Assembly: GCA_049968255.1 (NCBI GenBank)
Contig: JBMFRB010000002.1
Coordinates: 96,001 to 160,000, forward strand
Reading direction: 5' to 3'
Source: Candidatus Sumerlaeaceae bacterium
GTDB lineage: Bacteria; Sumerlaeota; Sumerlaeia; Sumerlaeales; Sumerlaeaceae
Length of the DNA stretch: 64,000 nt
In this document: piece after piece, positions 18,336-27,917 of the stretch
How the letters are laid out: every line of letters starts with the position of its first letter
Position numbering within the stretch: the stretch's first letter is position 1
Notes under the pieces: generated by a model
Told to the model about the DNA's origin: nothing
Seen by the model: the letters and a program-made list of their open reading frames with translations, nothing else
The model's database searches: none
Program-made: the position numbers and the translations under genes

Positions 18336-19919
18336 TTACTTCGGCAGCGGAATAAGGATACGCAGCTCGTGCTCGCGAGCGAAGTCGTCTATCGCCTTTT
18401 GCAGGGCTTCCCACGCTTTGCGGTTTCGGGCTTGCTCCAGGCACATGTCGCGCACTTCGTCAAACGACAGTTGGGGCTGTTCGCGCCGCGCGTCGAGCCG
18501 ATAAAATGCCACGCCGCTTTCCGTTGGCAGGTTGTTCGTCAGCGAGCCCGTCGTGATTTTCACCAGTTCGTCATCGGCTTTTGGTTCGTCGCTCGACATG
18601 GCCCAATCGGCCTGTTGCGTGACTTCTCCACCTAATTCAGTGGCCTCCGCCCTAAGCTGCTCGAGCGAAGCTTCGGGATGAGCGAGCACAAAATCTCGCA
18701 GCTTATTGAGGGCGTCGAGCGCAGTGTGCCGCGTCGGGTAGCGCACCGTCCCATATGGCACAAGGAAGCGGGTGTACTTTAAGTAGCCACCTTTGCGCAT
18801 TGCTTTGGAATATGTTGTGTAATAGGCCCGCGCGTCATCTTCCGTCGGACGAAAGCGTTCAAGATTCGTGTCGAGAAAGCAGGTGCGAGCCAGCACACGC
18901 TCGCGGAAAAAACGCTCCTTCTTCTCGCAATGCGTTGGAGTCGTCATCTCCTCCAAAATCGCCCCGGCGAGCAGCTCTTGCGTGACTGTTGTTGGGCCGA
19001 AATGCTTTGCCACCAGCTTCTGCGCCTCCTCGTTCAGCTGTTCGGCCCGCATGAGCGCGATGATGTTTTTCTGCAGATTCGGATCGCGCTCGATCGTTTC
19101 GGTCGTCAGGCGCTGCTCAGGGTAAACGTGCGCCACCCACACAATATAATAGCCGTTGTGCAAAAGCGTCGGCGAAGAAATCACGTCCTCCGGCAGCGAA
19201 AAAGCGAAATCGACAAACTTGCGGTTATAAGGCACATGGCGTGAGATCGTCCCGATGCGTCCGCCTTTCGTGCTGCTTGGCGCCTGACTGTAAAAGCGGG
19301 CCGCGTCGTCGAATCGCAGGCGATGCTCAGCGAGAAGGCGGTAGATCTCCTCCATCTCTTTCTTCACGGCCTCGCGCTCGGCTTGGGTTTTTGTCCCTGT
19401 CGTCGAGCGGAAGATATAACGCACATCGCGCATTTCCTCACGTTCGAAAGCCTTACGGTGGCGAAATCCTGCCTCGACAATCTCCGCCAGCGTCGGTGTG
19501 GTGAAGTGTGTTGCCACCTGCGTTTGCCACGCCGCGATGACGCACGGCCAGAGCAGAGGTCGCGAAATCGCACTCACCGTCGTCTCAAGGTTCGGACACA
19601 GATCGCGCGCGCGCGCCGCCATCGCTTCTTCCCATGAGCGCTCGCGTGCAATTTGCTCCACGAATGTCGCTGCATCCTTGCGCTCCGCCTCAATCGAGCC
19701 ATGCAGCGCCGTTTCCACCGGATCCGCGTATGGATAGCGAGCGGCTTGACTGTAGAGGGCAATATCCTCAGCCGTCAAGTTGCCGCCCCTCCACTGCGCC
19801 ACGTGCGTCGCCAAGAGGTCGGACGCCGCGGCTCCCGTTGCCGCTGCAACCGTCACCACACCTGCCAGCCATGTACACAGAAAACTCCAAAACAACACGT
19901 GTTTTGTGCGATCATTCAT
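18336..19919 (-). CDS. exported parvulin-type (PpiC/SurA/PrsA-like) peptidyl-prolyl isomerase/foldase
   Basis: Signal-like N-terminus; VRYIF, FDDAARFYSQAPSSTKGGRIG, FVDFAFSL...ISSP...GYYIV; second degenerate rotamase-like region ending SFDEVR. Start 19919 or 19952. Confidence 0.8.
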   Translation of the reverse strand: MNDRTKHVLFWSFLCTWLAGVVTVAAATGAAASDLLATHVAQWRGGNLTAEDIALYSQAARYPYADPVETALHGSIEAERKDAATFVEQIARERSWEEAMAARARDLCPNLETTVSAISRPLLWPCVIAAWQTQVATHFTTPTLAEIVEAGFRHRKAFEREEMRDVRYIFRSTTGTKTQAEREAVKKEMEEIYRLLAEHRLRFDDAARFYSQAPSSTKGGRIGTISRHVPYNRKFVDFAFSLPEDVISSPTLLHNGYYIVWVAHVYPEQRLTTETIERDPNLQKNIIALMRAEQLNEEAQKLVAKHFGPTTVTQELLAGAILEEMTTPTHCEKKERFFRERVLARTCFLDTNLERFRPTEDDARAYYTTYSKAMRKGGYLKYTRFLVPYGTVRYPTRHTALDALNKLRDFVLAHPEASLEQLRAEATELGGEVTQQADWAMSSDEPKADDELVKITTGSLTNNLPTESGVAFYRLDARREQPQLSFDEVRDMCLEQARNRKAWEALQKAIDDFAREHELRILIPLPK

Positions 19920-19996
19920 CACACGGAAAATCTCCCTCACAAACTTACTCAAGGCCGAGCACGCGTTACGGAGTGCTCACCACAAAAAGAGACAAG

Positions 19997-20035
19997 CAAA
20001 AAAGAAGGGGAGCGGAATGGTGCCCTTCCGCTCCC
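19997..20035 (-). terminator. intrinsic terminator downstream of the 20095-21153 gene
   Basis: Stem GGGAGCGGAA (20008-20017) / TTCCGCTCCC (20026-20035), followed on the minus strand by CTTCTTTTTT. Confidence 0.85.
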
Positions 20036-20094
20036 GTGTCTTACCTGTTTCGATCGCTCTGCCGCGAAAGCTCAGCAGAACCATCGGCGTGGAA

Positions 20095-21153
20095 TCAGTA
20101 AAGATTCCAATCGGACACACCCGAAGCAACCTCGTTGGGCAGGTTCCAAGCCGACAGCGAGTTGTTCGTGTAGAGGAAGAAGACGCGCTTATTCGTCAGG
20201 TCGATGGCCGCAGCGCCCGACCCGTTAGTGTTCCCATTGGCCCCACCGCTCTTCTCAAGTCCGCTTGCCGTTTGAGCGAGAAGAGTCTCGCTGGCAACGT
20301 GATAAACAGTCCCGAAGAGGTTTGTCGCCGAAGAGGTGGCGTTCGCAAAGGTGTTGGCAATGATCAGGTTGTTTCCTGGGGTGACCTTGACATCAAACGC
20401 GCCGACGCCCGCCAGCGTCACAAGCTTATCGCCAAAAGTAGTGTCCTTTGTGCCATTGGTGCCGCTGATCGTGTAGCGCCTCAGTGCTGGAGTTTCTGTG
20501 CCACTTGCGGCGGCCTTGCGGACGAAGAACGCCGTCGGATCCTGAGGATCCCACTTCACATAGGGAATACCGGCCAGACCGACATCCAGCGTAATGTCCT
20601 GCTTGGTGAAGGTGTTTCCGCCATCAGTCGACGTAAACACAGCCACGTTGGGATTACCGGAGCCGCCGACCAGAAGCGAAATGTTCGAACCAGAGCCCTT
20701 GACATCGGCGCTGTCGCCGTAGCGGACCGCTACGCCTGCCTCGGTATAGCTCGCCACGGGGGTCGCCGATTCATTGGCGTAAGTGTAAATCTTGAAAGTG
20801 CTGGTCGCAGCTGCGATGTTTGTCAAAAAGAGCTTGCCGTCCGAGGTGGGATTGATAAGATTCAAAATTACCGTACCGCCCGTTACTCCGGTAACGTCTA
20901 AGGCATTGGGCGATTTCTCGGCGCCAGTGGCGGGGTCAAGCCGATAGACTGCATTACTCGGCGTACGGTCGGGCACGAGCACTGTATCAGTGACTTCGTT
21001 GTAGGCCATCCCACGCGTGGTGTTGTCGTTCCCAAACCAGGCAAGCGAGCCTCCCTGGTCCACTTTCCAGATCTGGGTCATGGTGTAGGGGGGCGCGGCG
21101 AAACTTACAGCAGCTACGCTGACTGCTGTGAGGGTAAGTGCTAACTTCTTCAT
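20095..21153 (-). CDS. Sec-exported beta-rich (DUF4623-like) protein ending ...ASGVSDWNLY; paralog of 16933-17976
   Basis: GGAGG RBS; signal peptide MKKLALTLTAVSVAAVSFA; shares RGMxYN, GDS, GNPNVA, TDGGxTFTKQ, TLDVGL, RKAA and FLYTNNS with its paralog. Confidence 0.82.
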   Translation of the reverse strand: MKKLALTLTAVSVAAVSFAAPPYTMTQIWKVDQGGSLAWFGNDNTTRGMAYNEVTDTVLVPDRTPSNAVYRLDPATGAEKSPNALDVTGVTGGTVILNLINPTSDGKLFLTNIAAATSTFKIYTYANESATPVASYTEAGVAVRYGDSADVKGSGSNISLLVGGSGNPNVAVFTSTDGGNTFTKQDITLDVGLAGIPYVKWDPQDPTAFFVRKAAASGTETPALRRYTISGTNGTKDTTFGDKLVTLAGVGAFDVKVTPGNNLIIANTFANATSSATNLFGTVYHVASETLLAQTASGLEKSGGANGNTNGSGAAAIDLTNKRVFFLYTNNSLSAWNLPNEVASGVSDWNLY

Positions 21154-21246
21154 AGGTAAACCTCCACAAATGTCGTTTTGACTCGGGGAAAGTTGGCACC
21201 CACTTTCCCATTGTCTTTTTTATGCATATGTCACAATTTTGGGTGG

Positions 21247-21294
21247 CGTCAAGTAAAAAATGACGTGTAATAATAAATCTGTGCAGTAATAGAT
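21247..21294 (-). promoter_or_regulatory. putative -35 element (TTGACG) with T-tract and quasi-palindromic operator in an AT-rich divergent intergenic region
   Basis: TCAAGTAAAAAATG at 21249-21262; ATCTGTGCAGTAATAGAT at 21277-21294. Confidence 0.55.
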
Positions 21295-21335
21295 AAGTTT
21301 TGAAATGAGAATCAACAACGACGAAGAAAGGGGAA

Positions 21336-22190
21336 ATGGCCATGTTCCTGCGGCCCGAAAGACATGTTTGCTTTTTTCAGAGTTGTTTTGATGTTGTCCT
21401 GACTTTGGCCGTGGCCTGCACTCTTTGCGGTTGCCAGAGCGAGTCGCGTGAAGCTGCGGTGTCGAGTCGGGCGGCTCGGCCGCTTGCGCCGACTCCGGCT
21501 GTGTTGCTGCAGAAAACGGAATTCAGAAATGAGCCATGTGCTATTGTTCCTGTCGAAGGTGGAACCGTGACGCTCGAGATGATTTCCAGCGAAGTGCTGC
21601 GCTTGCAACTGCGCGACACAGCAGGTCGGCCTGGATCGTTCGCCACACTGGCCACCCTGGAAACGAAGGTCCCGGAAGGGACTTCCCAACCTGAGAGAAT
21701 ATTAGCATTTTATCGCCTTGTTGGAGGCTTCCCTGAAGGGCTGTACGCAAGAATCTCCGAGCCCTTTTCTGCAGCTACGTCGGGTACGTTGCACATGATG
21801 CAGCTCAATGGCTATGCGATCGGGGATTACGTGTGTCAATTGCGCTGCCCGGCGGAGGTTGCTGAAGGCGAGCAAGCACTTGCCATTCGCGACACGCTGA
21901 CCTCGCCCGCAGTCCACATAACTGCGGCGCATCAGTTCATATCCGTCCTTGAGAATCTCGCTGCGGATGGCCCTGCAGAGCACATCCCGCAGGTGCTCGA
22001 TCTCATGCTCCGCTACTTGCACAGCTCGGCGGAGCTCACCCAAGGTGCGACGGCGGCAGCATTTTCCGAAGCGGCGAGCGCAGCGGCAGAATTCCGAGCA
22101 AAGGTCTCCCCCCAAGGCCAATTCCCCGCGAACGAGTTCGAACAATTCCGCGACCGACTCAATGAGCTTCTGCAGCATGCGCAAAAATAG
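21336..22190 (+). CDS. hypothetical lipoprotein
   Basis: GGGG RBS-like sequence; hydrophobic stretch ending in lipobox-like LCGC. Confidence 0.65.
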   Translation: MAMFLRPERHVCFFQSCFDVVLTLAVACTLCGCQSESREAAVSSRAARPLAPTPAVLLQKTEFRNEPCAIVPVEGGTVTLEMISSEVLRLQLRDTAGRPGSFATLATLETKVPEGTSQPERILAFYRLVGGFPEGLYARISEPFSAATSGTLHMMQLNGYAIGDYVCQLRCPAEVAEGEQALAIRDTLTSPAVHITAAHQFISVLENLAADGPAEHIPQVLDLMLRYLHSSAELTQGATAAAFSEAASAAAEFRAKVSPQGQFPANEFEQFRDRLNELLQHAQK

Positions 22191-22260
22191 CGGGCGTGCG
22201 GCGGCGCGTGTCAGTATGTGGCGCAAGAGGTTGTGGCCTCAGCGTGCGTGAGGAATTGCG

Positions 22261-23601
22261 TCAGTCTTCGTGACCGGAAGCGGAGCGAGTTGATCCACTC
22301 TTTTCTTCGGCTAGTACGTGATCGTAGATAGACTGGACGTGAACGAGGAACTGTGAGGGATCAAAGCATGCTTCGAGATCCGTCGGGGAGAGCACGGCAG
22401 TGGCTCGCGGATCTTTTTCCAAATTGCTGCGTAGCGTCGTAGCCTCATCCTCCCATGTCCTCATGGCCGCGCGCTGCACAACGTCGTACGCTTCCTCACG
22501 CGTGAGGCCGCGGTCAACAAGCGCAAGTAGCACGCGCTGCGAAAAGATCAGCCCGCGTGTGAGATTGAGATTTTTCGCCATCTGGGTAGGATAGTAATGG
22601 AGTCTTTCGAGTACCTGGCGCGCCGAGCGCAGCATGTAGTGGAGCACGGTTGTCGAATCGGGAAGGATAACGCGCTCCGTGGAGGAGTGGCTGATGTCGC
22701 GTTCGTGCCACAGGGCGTTATTTTCCAATGCGGTGGCCGCGTAGCCGCGCAGGAGTCGCGCGAGGCCCGTGAGCTGCTCGCACTTCACGGGATTGCGCTT
22801 GTGAGGCATGGCGCTCGACCCCTTTTGGCCTGCCGCAAAAGGTTCTTCTAGCTCGCGAACCTCGGTGCGCTGGAGGTGACGGATCTCGGTAGCAATTTTT
22901 TCGATCGTCGAGCCGCAAATGGCCAGTGCGCACAGCAACTCGGCGTGGCGATCGCGCTGGATGACCTGCGTGGCAACCCTGGCGCGACCGATTCCCAGCT
23001 TTTCGCACACACGCCTCTCGATTTCCGGGCCAGTGTGCGCGTAAGTGCCCACGGCTCCGGAAATTTTTCCTACTGCAACGCGGCGAAACGCTGCTTCCAA
23101 TCGGTGAGCGTTGCGCCCCATTTCGTCGTAATAAAGCAAAAATTTTAATCCTAACACAATCGGCTCTGCATGCACGCCGTGGGTTCGCCCGACAATCACT
23201 TGGTTCTTGTGCTCGAGGGCAAGCCGCCGAAGCGTTGCGCGTAGCTCGGCGACTTCAGTCAGGATGAGCTCACCGGCCCGTTTGAGGCGCACGGCCTGGG
23301 CGGTGTCCACGACGTCGTTCGAGGTCAGCCCCATGTGCACAAAGCGCGAGGCAGGGCCAATGTGTTCGGCCAGGCATGTGGTGAAAGCAACCACGTCATG
23401 GTGGACCGTCTTCTCGATTTCTTCGATTCGCGCGACATCAAAACGCGCGCCGGCTTTGATCTCTTGTAATGCCTCGGTGGGAATGCGCCCGAGCTCGTGC
23501 CATGCCTCGCATGCCGCAAGCTCGACTTCGAGCCAGGTTTGGAATTTTCTCTCCTCGCTCCACAGCGCCGACATCTCGGGGGTAGAATAGCGGGGAATCA
23601 C
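22261..23601 (-). CDS. purB: adenylosuccinate lyase
   Basis: IPRYS start (GTG overlapping the purN stop), HDVVAF, GRTHGVHAEP, GSSAMPHKRNP, WHERDISHSS. Confidence 0.97.
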   Translation of the reverse strand: MIPRYSTPEMSALWSEERKFQTWLEVELAACEAWHELGRIPTEALQEIKAGARFDVARIEEIEKTVHHDVVAFTTCLAEHIGPASRFVHMGLTSNDVVDTAQAVRLKRAGELILTEVAELRATLRRLALEHKNQVIVGRTHGVHAEPIVLGLKFLLYYDEMGRNAHRLEAAFRRVAVGKISGAVGTYAHTGPEIERRVCEKLGIGRARVATQVIQRDRHAELLCALAICGSTIEKIATEIRHLQRTEVRELEEPFAAGQKGSSAMPHKRNPVKCEQLTGLARLLRGYAATALENNALWHERDISHSSTERVILPDSTTVLHYMLRSARQVLERLHYYPTQMAKNLNLTRGLIFSQRVLLALVDRGLTREEAYDVVQRAAMRTWEDEATTLRSNLEKDPRATAVLSPTDLEACFDPSQFLVHVQSIYDHVLAEEKSGSTRSASGHED

Positions 23602-24260
23602 GTTGTGCTCGCTCCTTTGTCGCTCAGGGTTTCGTCGAGGAATCGGACAACTCGTTGCTCTATGCGCCACTGGCGCTCGGTTACGGCCTTAAGCGCCTCG
23701 GCATACGCCTGATGCTCCTGCTCAAGGATTCGCGCAGCCAGGCTCTCCTCTGTGTCATTGTCCATGACGGGCACGCATCGCTGCACGATGATGGGACCAG
23801 TGTCCATGCCCGCATCCACGAAATGAACCGTGCAGCCAGAAACTTTCACGCCGTATTCCAGCGCCTGGCGTTGGGCGTGAAGGCCGGGGAAGGCCGGCAG
23901 AAGCGCTGGGTGGATGTTGAGGATTCGTTCGGAGTAGCGTTCGAGAAGTGTGGGGCCGACAAGCCGCATGTAACCGGCAAGCGCCACCCAGGTGATTGCG
24001 TACGATTCGAGAATCGCGACGATGGCTTTCTCAAACTGTTCTTTCGAGGCGAAATCTTTGCGCAGCACCACATGGGACGGCACGCCAAAGCGCTGCGCGA
24101 TCTGGAGCGCGCCAGCATCGCTTTTATCCACAATAAGGCAGGCGATGTGAGCTTTGCGGAAAAACCCATCGCGTTCGTGGCGCAAGAGAGCTTCGAAGTT
24201 TGACCCTCGGCCCGAAGCCAGCACGCCAACCTGAACCTTTTCCCTGTTGTCTGGCGTCAT
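23598..24260 (-). CDS. purN: phosphoribosylglycinamide formyltransferase
   Basis: ASGRGSN, LAGYMR, NIHPALLPAFPG, GCTVHFVDAGMDTGPII. Confidence 0.97.
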   Translation of the reverse strand: MTPDNREKVQVGVLASGRGSNFEALLRHERDGFFRKAHIACLIVDKSDAGALQIAQRFGVPSHVVLRKDFASKEQFEKAIVAILESYAITWVALAGYMRLVGPTLLERYSERILNIHPALLPAFPGLHAQRQALEYGVKVSGCTVHFVDAGMDTGPIIVQRCVPVMDNDTEESLAARILEQEHQAYAEALKAVTERQWRIEQRVVRFLDETLSDKGASTT

Positions 24261-24360
24261 TTGTCCTCTCGGATCACCGATATACTACCGTGCGCCTCCA
24301 CTGCAGCATGCTCATCCGCACTGGGACGCAGCGCTGCTTTCTGTGGGAATTTGCGCCCCC

Positions 24361-24789
24361 CTAGTGGGTGTGAAAATGAGGCAGGCGAGCATCGTAGTCC
24401 CGCAGGAGATCGCCGTGAACTGTGCAGCGCGGGAGCTCACCCACTTTGCCGATGACATATTCGCCGCCGCTGGGGCAGCGTGGCACATTCACAGGCGCGC
24501 GCACGGTGTCGTCATCGCACGGGGCGCGACGTCCATAGTCATAGCGGCGAAGGTACTTGTGAGCCAACACCTCAGCGCTGGGCGCCTTTGTGCCGGGACG
24601 TGCTCCCGTTTCGCGAGCCCACTCTTCTTTTGCGTCCAGCAAGCGTTCAAGGTTATAGAGACAAATCTGCTCGCGTCCTTCTGCGGTGGATAAAGGTGGA
24701 TCCACGGGATGCTTCCAGTTTGGGGCGAGCGCACAACCACTGAGTGCAAGCACTGCCACTGCCATCGACATGATCTTCCAATGTGTCAT
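24361..24789 (-). CDS. lipoprotein with a pilin/pseudopilin-like disulfide globular domain
   Basis: Lipobox LSGC; CLYNLERLLDAKEEWA...PRCPSGGEY...PRCTVHG. Confidence 0.7.
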   Translation of the reverse strand: MTHWKIMSMAVAVLALSGCALAPNWKHPVDPPLSTAEGREQICLYNLERLLDAKEEWARETGARPGTKAPSAEVLAHKYLRRYDYGRRAPCDDDTVRAPVNVPRCPSGGEYVIGKVGELPRCTVHGDLLRDYDARLPHFHTH

Positions 24790-24889
24790 CTTCGAGATCC
24801 CTCACAAAACTAACAATTGCACAAACACTTTCCACCGCTTGCTGATCACATATTCAGCCGCGCTGTGTTGGCGCAACAGAATTTCGCCG

Positions 24890-25741
24890 CTACGCCACAC
24901 TGATGTCTTCCGAGCGCGCGGCGAGCAAAAACTCGTGCGAAACAGCCATGCCCGCCTGAATGGCTGTCTGGAGCTGTTCATCGTTTTCGTAGGGGTTGGC
25001 GGATATAATGTAGGCGCGCACGTGATCACGGAGATTTTTGCGGAAGGGAAGGGGCTCAATTTCCAGGCCGAATTTGCCATTGGGCCGCCGGACGGTCAGT
25101 TGATCGACTGCCGCCAGATAGGGCACATTTGCGATTGTTGTAGTTCCCTGAAAATCGGTGCAGAGCAGGATGGAGAGGGCGTCGCAAACTTCGAGCAAAC
25201 GGACGTCGTCCTCAAACGTGCCACCAACGGGCACACTCGCTAGCGAGGCGGTGGCGGTATCATTTGGATTTGTGGGCAGAGCTTCTTCGAGGCTCTCAGC
25301 ACGTTTCTCTAATTCGCGGCTCCATGTTTTCAGCCGATGTTCCTGTTCAGCGAGGAATTTTCCGAGCGCCACCGCTTCGCGCGGGCTCAATCGTGCAATC
25401 TCCGATTCGCCTAGCGCACGCTTGACGAAGTATTGTGCAACTACGCATGCGCCATAAAGCAAGCCCTGCTCGGCGATCAGGGCCACGCTACGTGACCAAA
25501 TCGCATAATGTTCCGCCTTGGGCATTTCGAGGAAAGAGCGCGGCTCACCTCGCCCGTTGAGATGCGGCGTTGCGTCATATTCGGCCCAACCGTCATCGTG
25601 CATGGCGATGGCTTTAATGACCTCGCCGTTCGGGCGAACCGGCGAAAATTTCCACGCTGCCGCAATCACCCCGGCCACACGCGCGTGCTCGGCCTGCGGC
25701 ACAAGCATCCATTTGTCTTTTCCCCACCGGCGACGGATCAT
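24890..25741 (-). CDS. DUF3891-family protein
   Basis: MIRR...QAEHARVAG...AIAMHDDGW...CDALSILLC. Confidence 0.8.
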   Translation of the reverse strand: MIRRRWGKDKWMLVPQAEHARVAGVIAAAWKFSPVRPNGEVIKAIAMHDDGWAEYDATPHLNGRGEPRSFLEMPKAEHYAIWSRSVALIAEQGLLYGACVVAQYFVKRALGESEIARLSPREAVALGKFLAEQEHRLKTWSRELEKRAESLEEALPTNPNDTATASLASVPVGGTFEDDVRLLEVCDALSILLCTDFQGTTTIANVPYLAAVDQLTVRRPNGKFGLEIEPLPFRKNLRDHVRAYIISANPYENDEQLQTAIQAGMAVSHEFLLAARSEDISVA

Positions 25742-25825
25742 CGCATTATCCCGAAGTTAGGTATCTCAGAATCGAGAGAAAACATTGCTCAGCGAGAATC
25801 AAGCGTCAAGAAACGGAAGCACATT

Positions 25826-26560
25826 TCAATCCAGAGTTGCGCGGCAAAACGTCAGACCGTAGACTGCAGTGGCACCCGCCGCGCAAAGAGCCTGCGCGCA
25901 TTCGTTGAGCGTGGCACCGGTGGTGCAAACGTCATCAACGAGAAGGATCGTTTTTCCCACAACGGCTTCGGCGTTACGGACCACAAATGCGTCGCGAACA
26001 TTTTTGGCGCGGGCACGCCGGTCGAGATGCGTTTGCGAGGGAGTTGGACGGATGCGCAGCAGTGTGTGGTCTAAGTAAGCGAGCCCCGTTTTGCGCGAGA
26101 TGGCCTCGGCAAGAAGCGCCGCTTGATTATATCCGCGTTCACGCCTTCGAGTGGGATGAAGCGGAACGGCCACGACTCCACCAAACGCCAAGGCGGAGTA
26201 GTGGGATTGCAAAGTGCGAACCATCAGCGGGGAGATGACCTCCGCATACTCTTGACGGTTGCGATATTTCAGGCGGTCGAGAATCGCAATGGCGGGGCCC
26301 TCGTATGCCGTGAACGAGCGAACCGCGACGAAGTAGATCTCACCCTTCGGGCACAAAGGGCATGCCCTCCCTGCAGCAGCCGGGGAATCTTCAGCGCCGC
26401 AGCGTGGGCAGAGGGGCAAACGCAAGGGGCGCAACGCTCGCTCGCAATTCGAGCAAACGATGCGCCCCGGTTCTAGGATTCGTTCGTCGCAACCGCAACA
26501 AATTCGTGGAAAGACAATATCCACGAGAATGCGGCCGAGCGAAACAAACGCACCAAGCAT
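25826..26560 (-). CDS. comF: ComF family protein (double zinc ribbon plus phosphoribosyltransferase domain)
   Basis: CxxC pairs, VPLH...RERGYNQA, LLVDDVCTTGAT. Confidence 0.93.
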   Translation of the reverse strand: MLGAFVSLGRILVDIVFPRICCGCDERILEPGRIVCSNCERALRPLRLPLCPRCGAEDSPAAAGRACPLCPKGEIYFVAVRSFTAYEGPAIAILDRLKYRNRQEYAEVISPLMVRTLQSHYSALAFGGVVAVPLHPTRRRERGYNQAALLAEAISRKTGLAYLDHTLLRIRPTPSQTHLDRRARAKNVRDAFVVRNAEAVVGKTILLVDDVCTTGATLNECAQALCAAGATAVYGLTFCRATLD

Positions 26561-26566
26561 CAGGCC

Positions 26567-27763
26567 TTATTTGTCATCGAGAGCCTCGATGCCAGGCAGC
26601 TTCTTGCCCTCGAGGAACTCCAGCGATGCGCCGCCGCCAGTTGAAATGTGGGTCATTTTGTCTGCGAGTCCAAATTTTTTCACAGCCGCTGCGCTGTCGC
26701 CACCGCCGATGATCGTGACAGCGTTGGAATTGGCTAGTGCCTCGGCGATCGCCTTACTTCCACCGGCAAATTCGTCTATTTCGAACACGCCGACCGGGCC
26801 ATTCCACACTACGGTCTTGGCCTTGGCCAGCTCAGCCAGATAGAGTTCGACGGTCTTAGGCCCGATGTCCACGCCCATCCAGCCATCGGGAATTTCGCCC
26901 GCGGGGAAGACTTGGCGCGGTACGGTCGGATCAGGCTTCTCCGTGGACTGGCAACAGAGATTGTCCACCGGCAGGAGAAGCGTCTTGCCGCTAGCCTTCG
27001 CCTGCTCGAGGGTGTTCTTGGCAACTTCGAGCGTTTCTGGCTCAAAAAGCGAACTGCCAATCGAGCCACCCTGCGCTTTGATAAAGGTGTAGGTCATGGC
27101 GCCGCCCAGCACGAGAGCGTCTACCTTCTGCAGCAGATTCGAAATGACGCCGATTTTCGAGGAGACTTTTGAGCCGCCGAGAATAGCGACGAATGGACGC
27201 TCGGGGTTCGCCAGTGCCTCGCCCAAGTATTTGAGTTCCTTTTCCACGAGAAAACCGGCAACTTTGATCGGAAGGAAATGAGTGATGCCTTCCGTGGAAG
27301 CGTGGGCGCGGTGGGCTGAGCCAAACGCATCCTGCACAAAAATATCGGCCAGGGCTGCGAGCTTTTTTGCAAACTCCGGATCGTTTTTTTCTTCTTCGGG
27401 ATGGAAGCGGAGATTCTCGAGCAGGAGTACTTCGCCTTCGCCGAGCTCTGCCACCATCTTCTCGACTTCGGGCCCGACGCAGTCGGGCGCCATCTTCACG
27501 GGCTTGCCGAGCAATTCGCTCAGCTGCTTAGCTGCGGGAGTAAGGCGCATCGAATCCACGACTTTGCCTTTAGGCCGGCCGAGGTGTGAAGCGAGGATAA
27601 CTTTTGCCCCTTGCTCGATGAGATAGGTAATGGTGGGCAACGACTCGCGGATGCGAGTATCGTCAGTGATCTTGTCGCCGTCGAGCGGAACATTGAAGTC
27701 CACGCGCACAAATACGCGTTTTCCCCGCAAATCGGACAAGTCGCGCAGCGATTTTTTTGCCAT
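26567..27763 (-). CDS. pgk: phosphoglycerate kinase
   Basis: [44 protein letters not shown]; GAGGAG RBS. Confidence 0.98.
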   Translation of the reverse strand: MAKKSLRDLSDLRGKRVFVRVDFNVPLDGDKITDDTRIRESLPTITYLIEQGAKVILASHLGRPKGKVVDSMRLTPAAKQLSELLGKPVKMAPDCVGPEVEKMVAELGEGEVLLLENLRFHPEEEKNDPEFAKKLAALADIFVQDAFGSAHRAHASTEGITHFLPIKVAGFLVEKELKYLGEALANPERPFVAILGGSKVSSKIGVISNLLQKVDALVLGGAMTYTFIKAQGGSIGSSLFEPETLEVAKNTLEQAKASGKTLLLPVDNLCCQSTEKPDPTVPRQVFPAGEIPDGWMGVDIGPKTVELYLAELAKAKTVVWNGPVGVFEIDEFAGGSKAIAEALANSNAVTIIGGGDSAAAVKKFGLADKMTHISTGGGASLEFLEGKKLPGIEALDDK

Positions 27764-27917
27764 AGTAACTCCTCTCACTTGTCATATGATGTGTGGAACG
27801 TAATTTGCGAAAAACGGTGCAATCAACAGAAACAGACCGTATCGAATAACGAAACATCTTCTACGGTATTCTCCAACGCGCCAGGGTGAAATAGTGGCGC
27901 TTGCGCGCTACCCAAGT

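Noticed and set aside
19780-20901. 373-aa plus-strand ORF
   Set aside because: It is the antisense shadow of the 20095-21153 gene, which has an RBS, signal peptide, paralog and terminator; the ORF has no recognisable motifs.
16933-21153. reading the DW tail as a BAM beta-signal of an outer-membrane barrel
   Set aside because: The bodies look like soluble propeller or sandwich domains, the tail follows a Pro/Ser linker, and two of the three proteins have a residue after the aromatic. A BamA-like receptor is not excluded.
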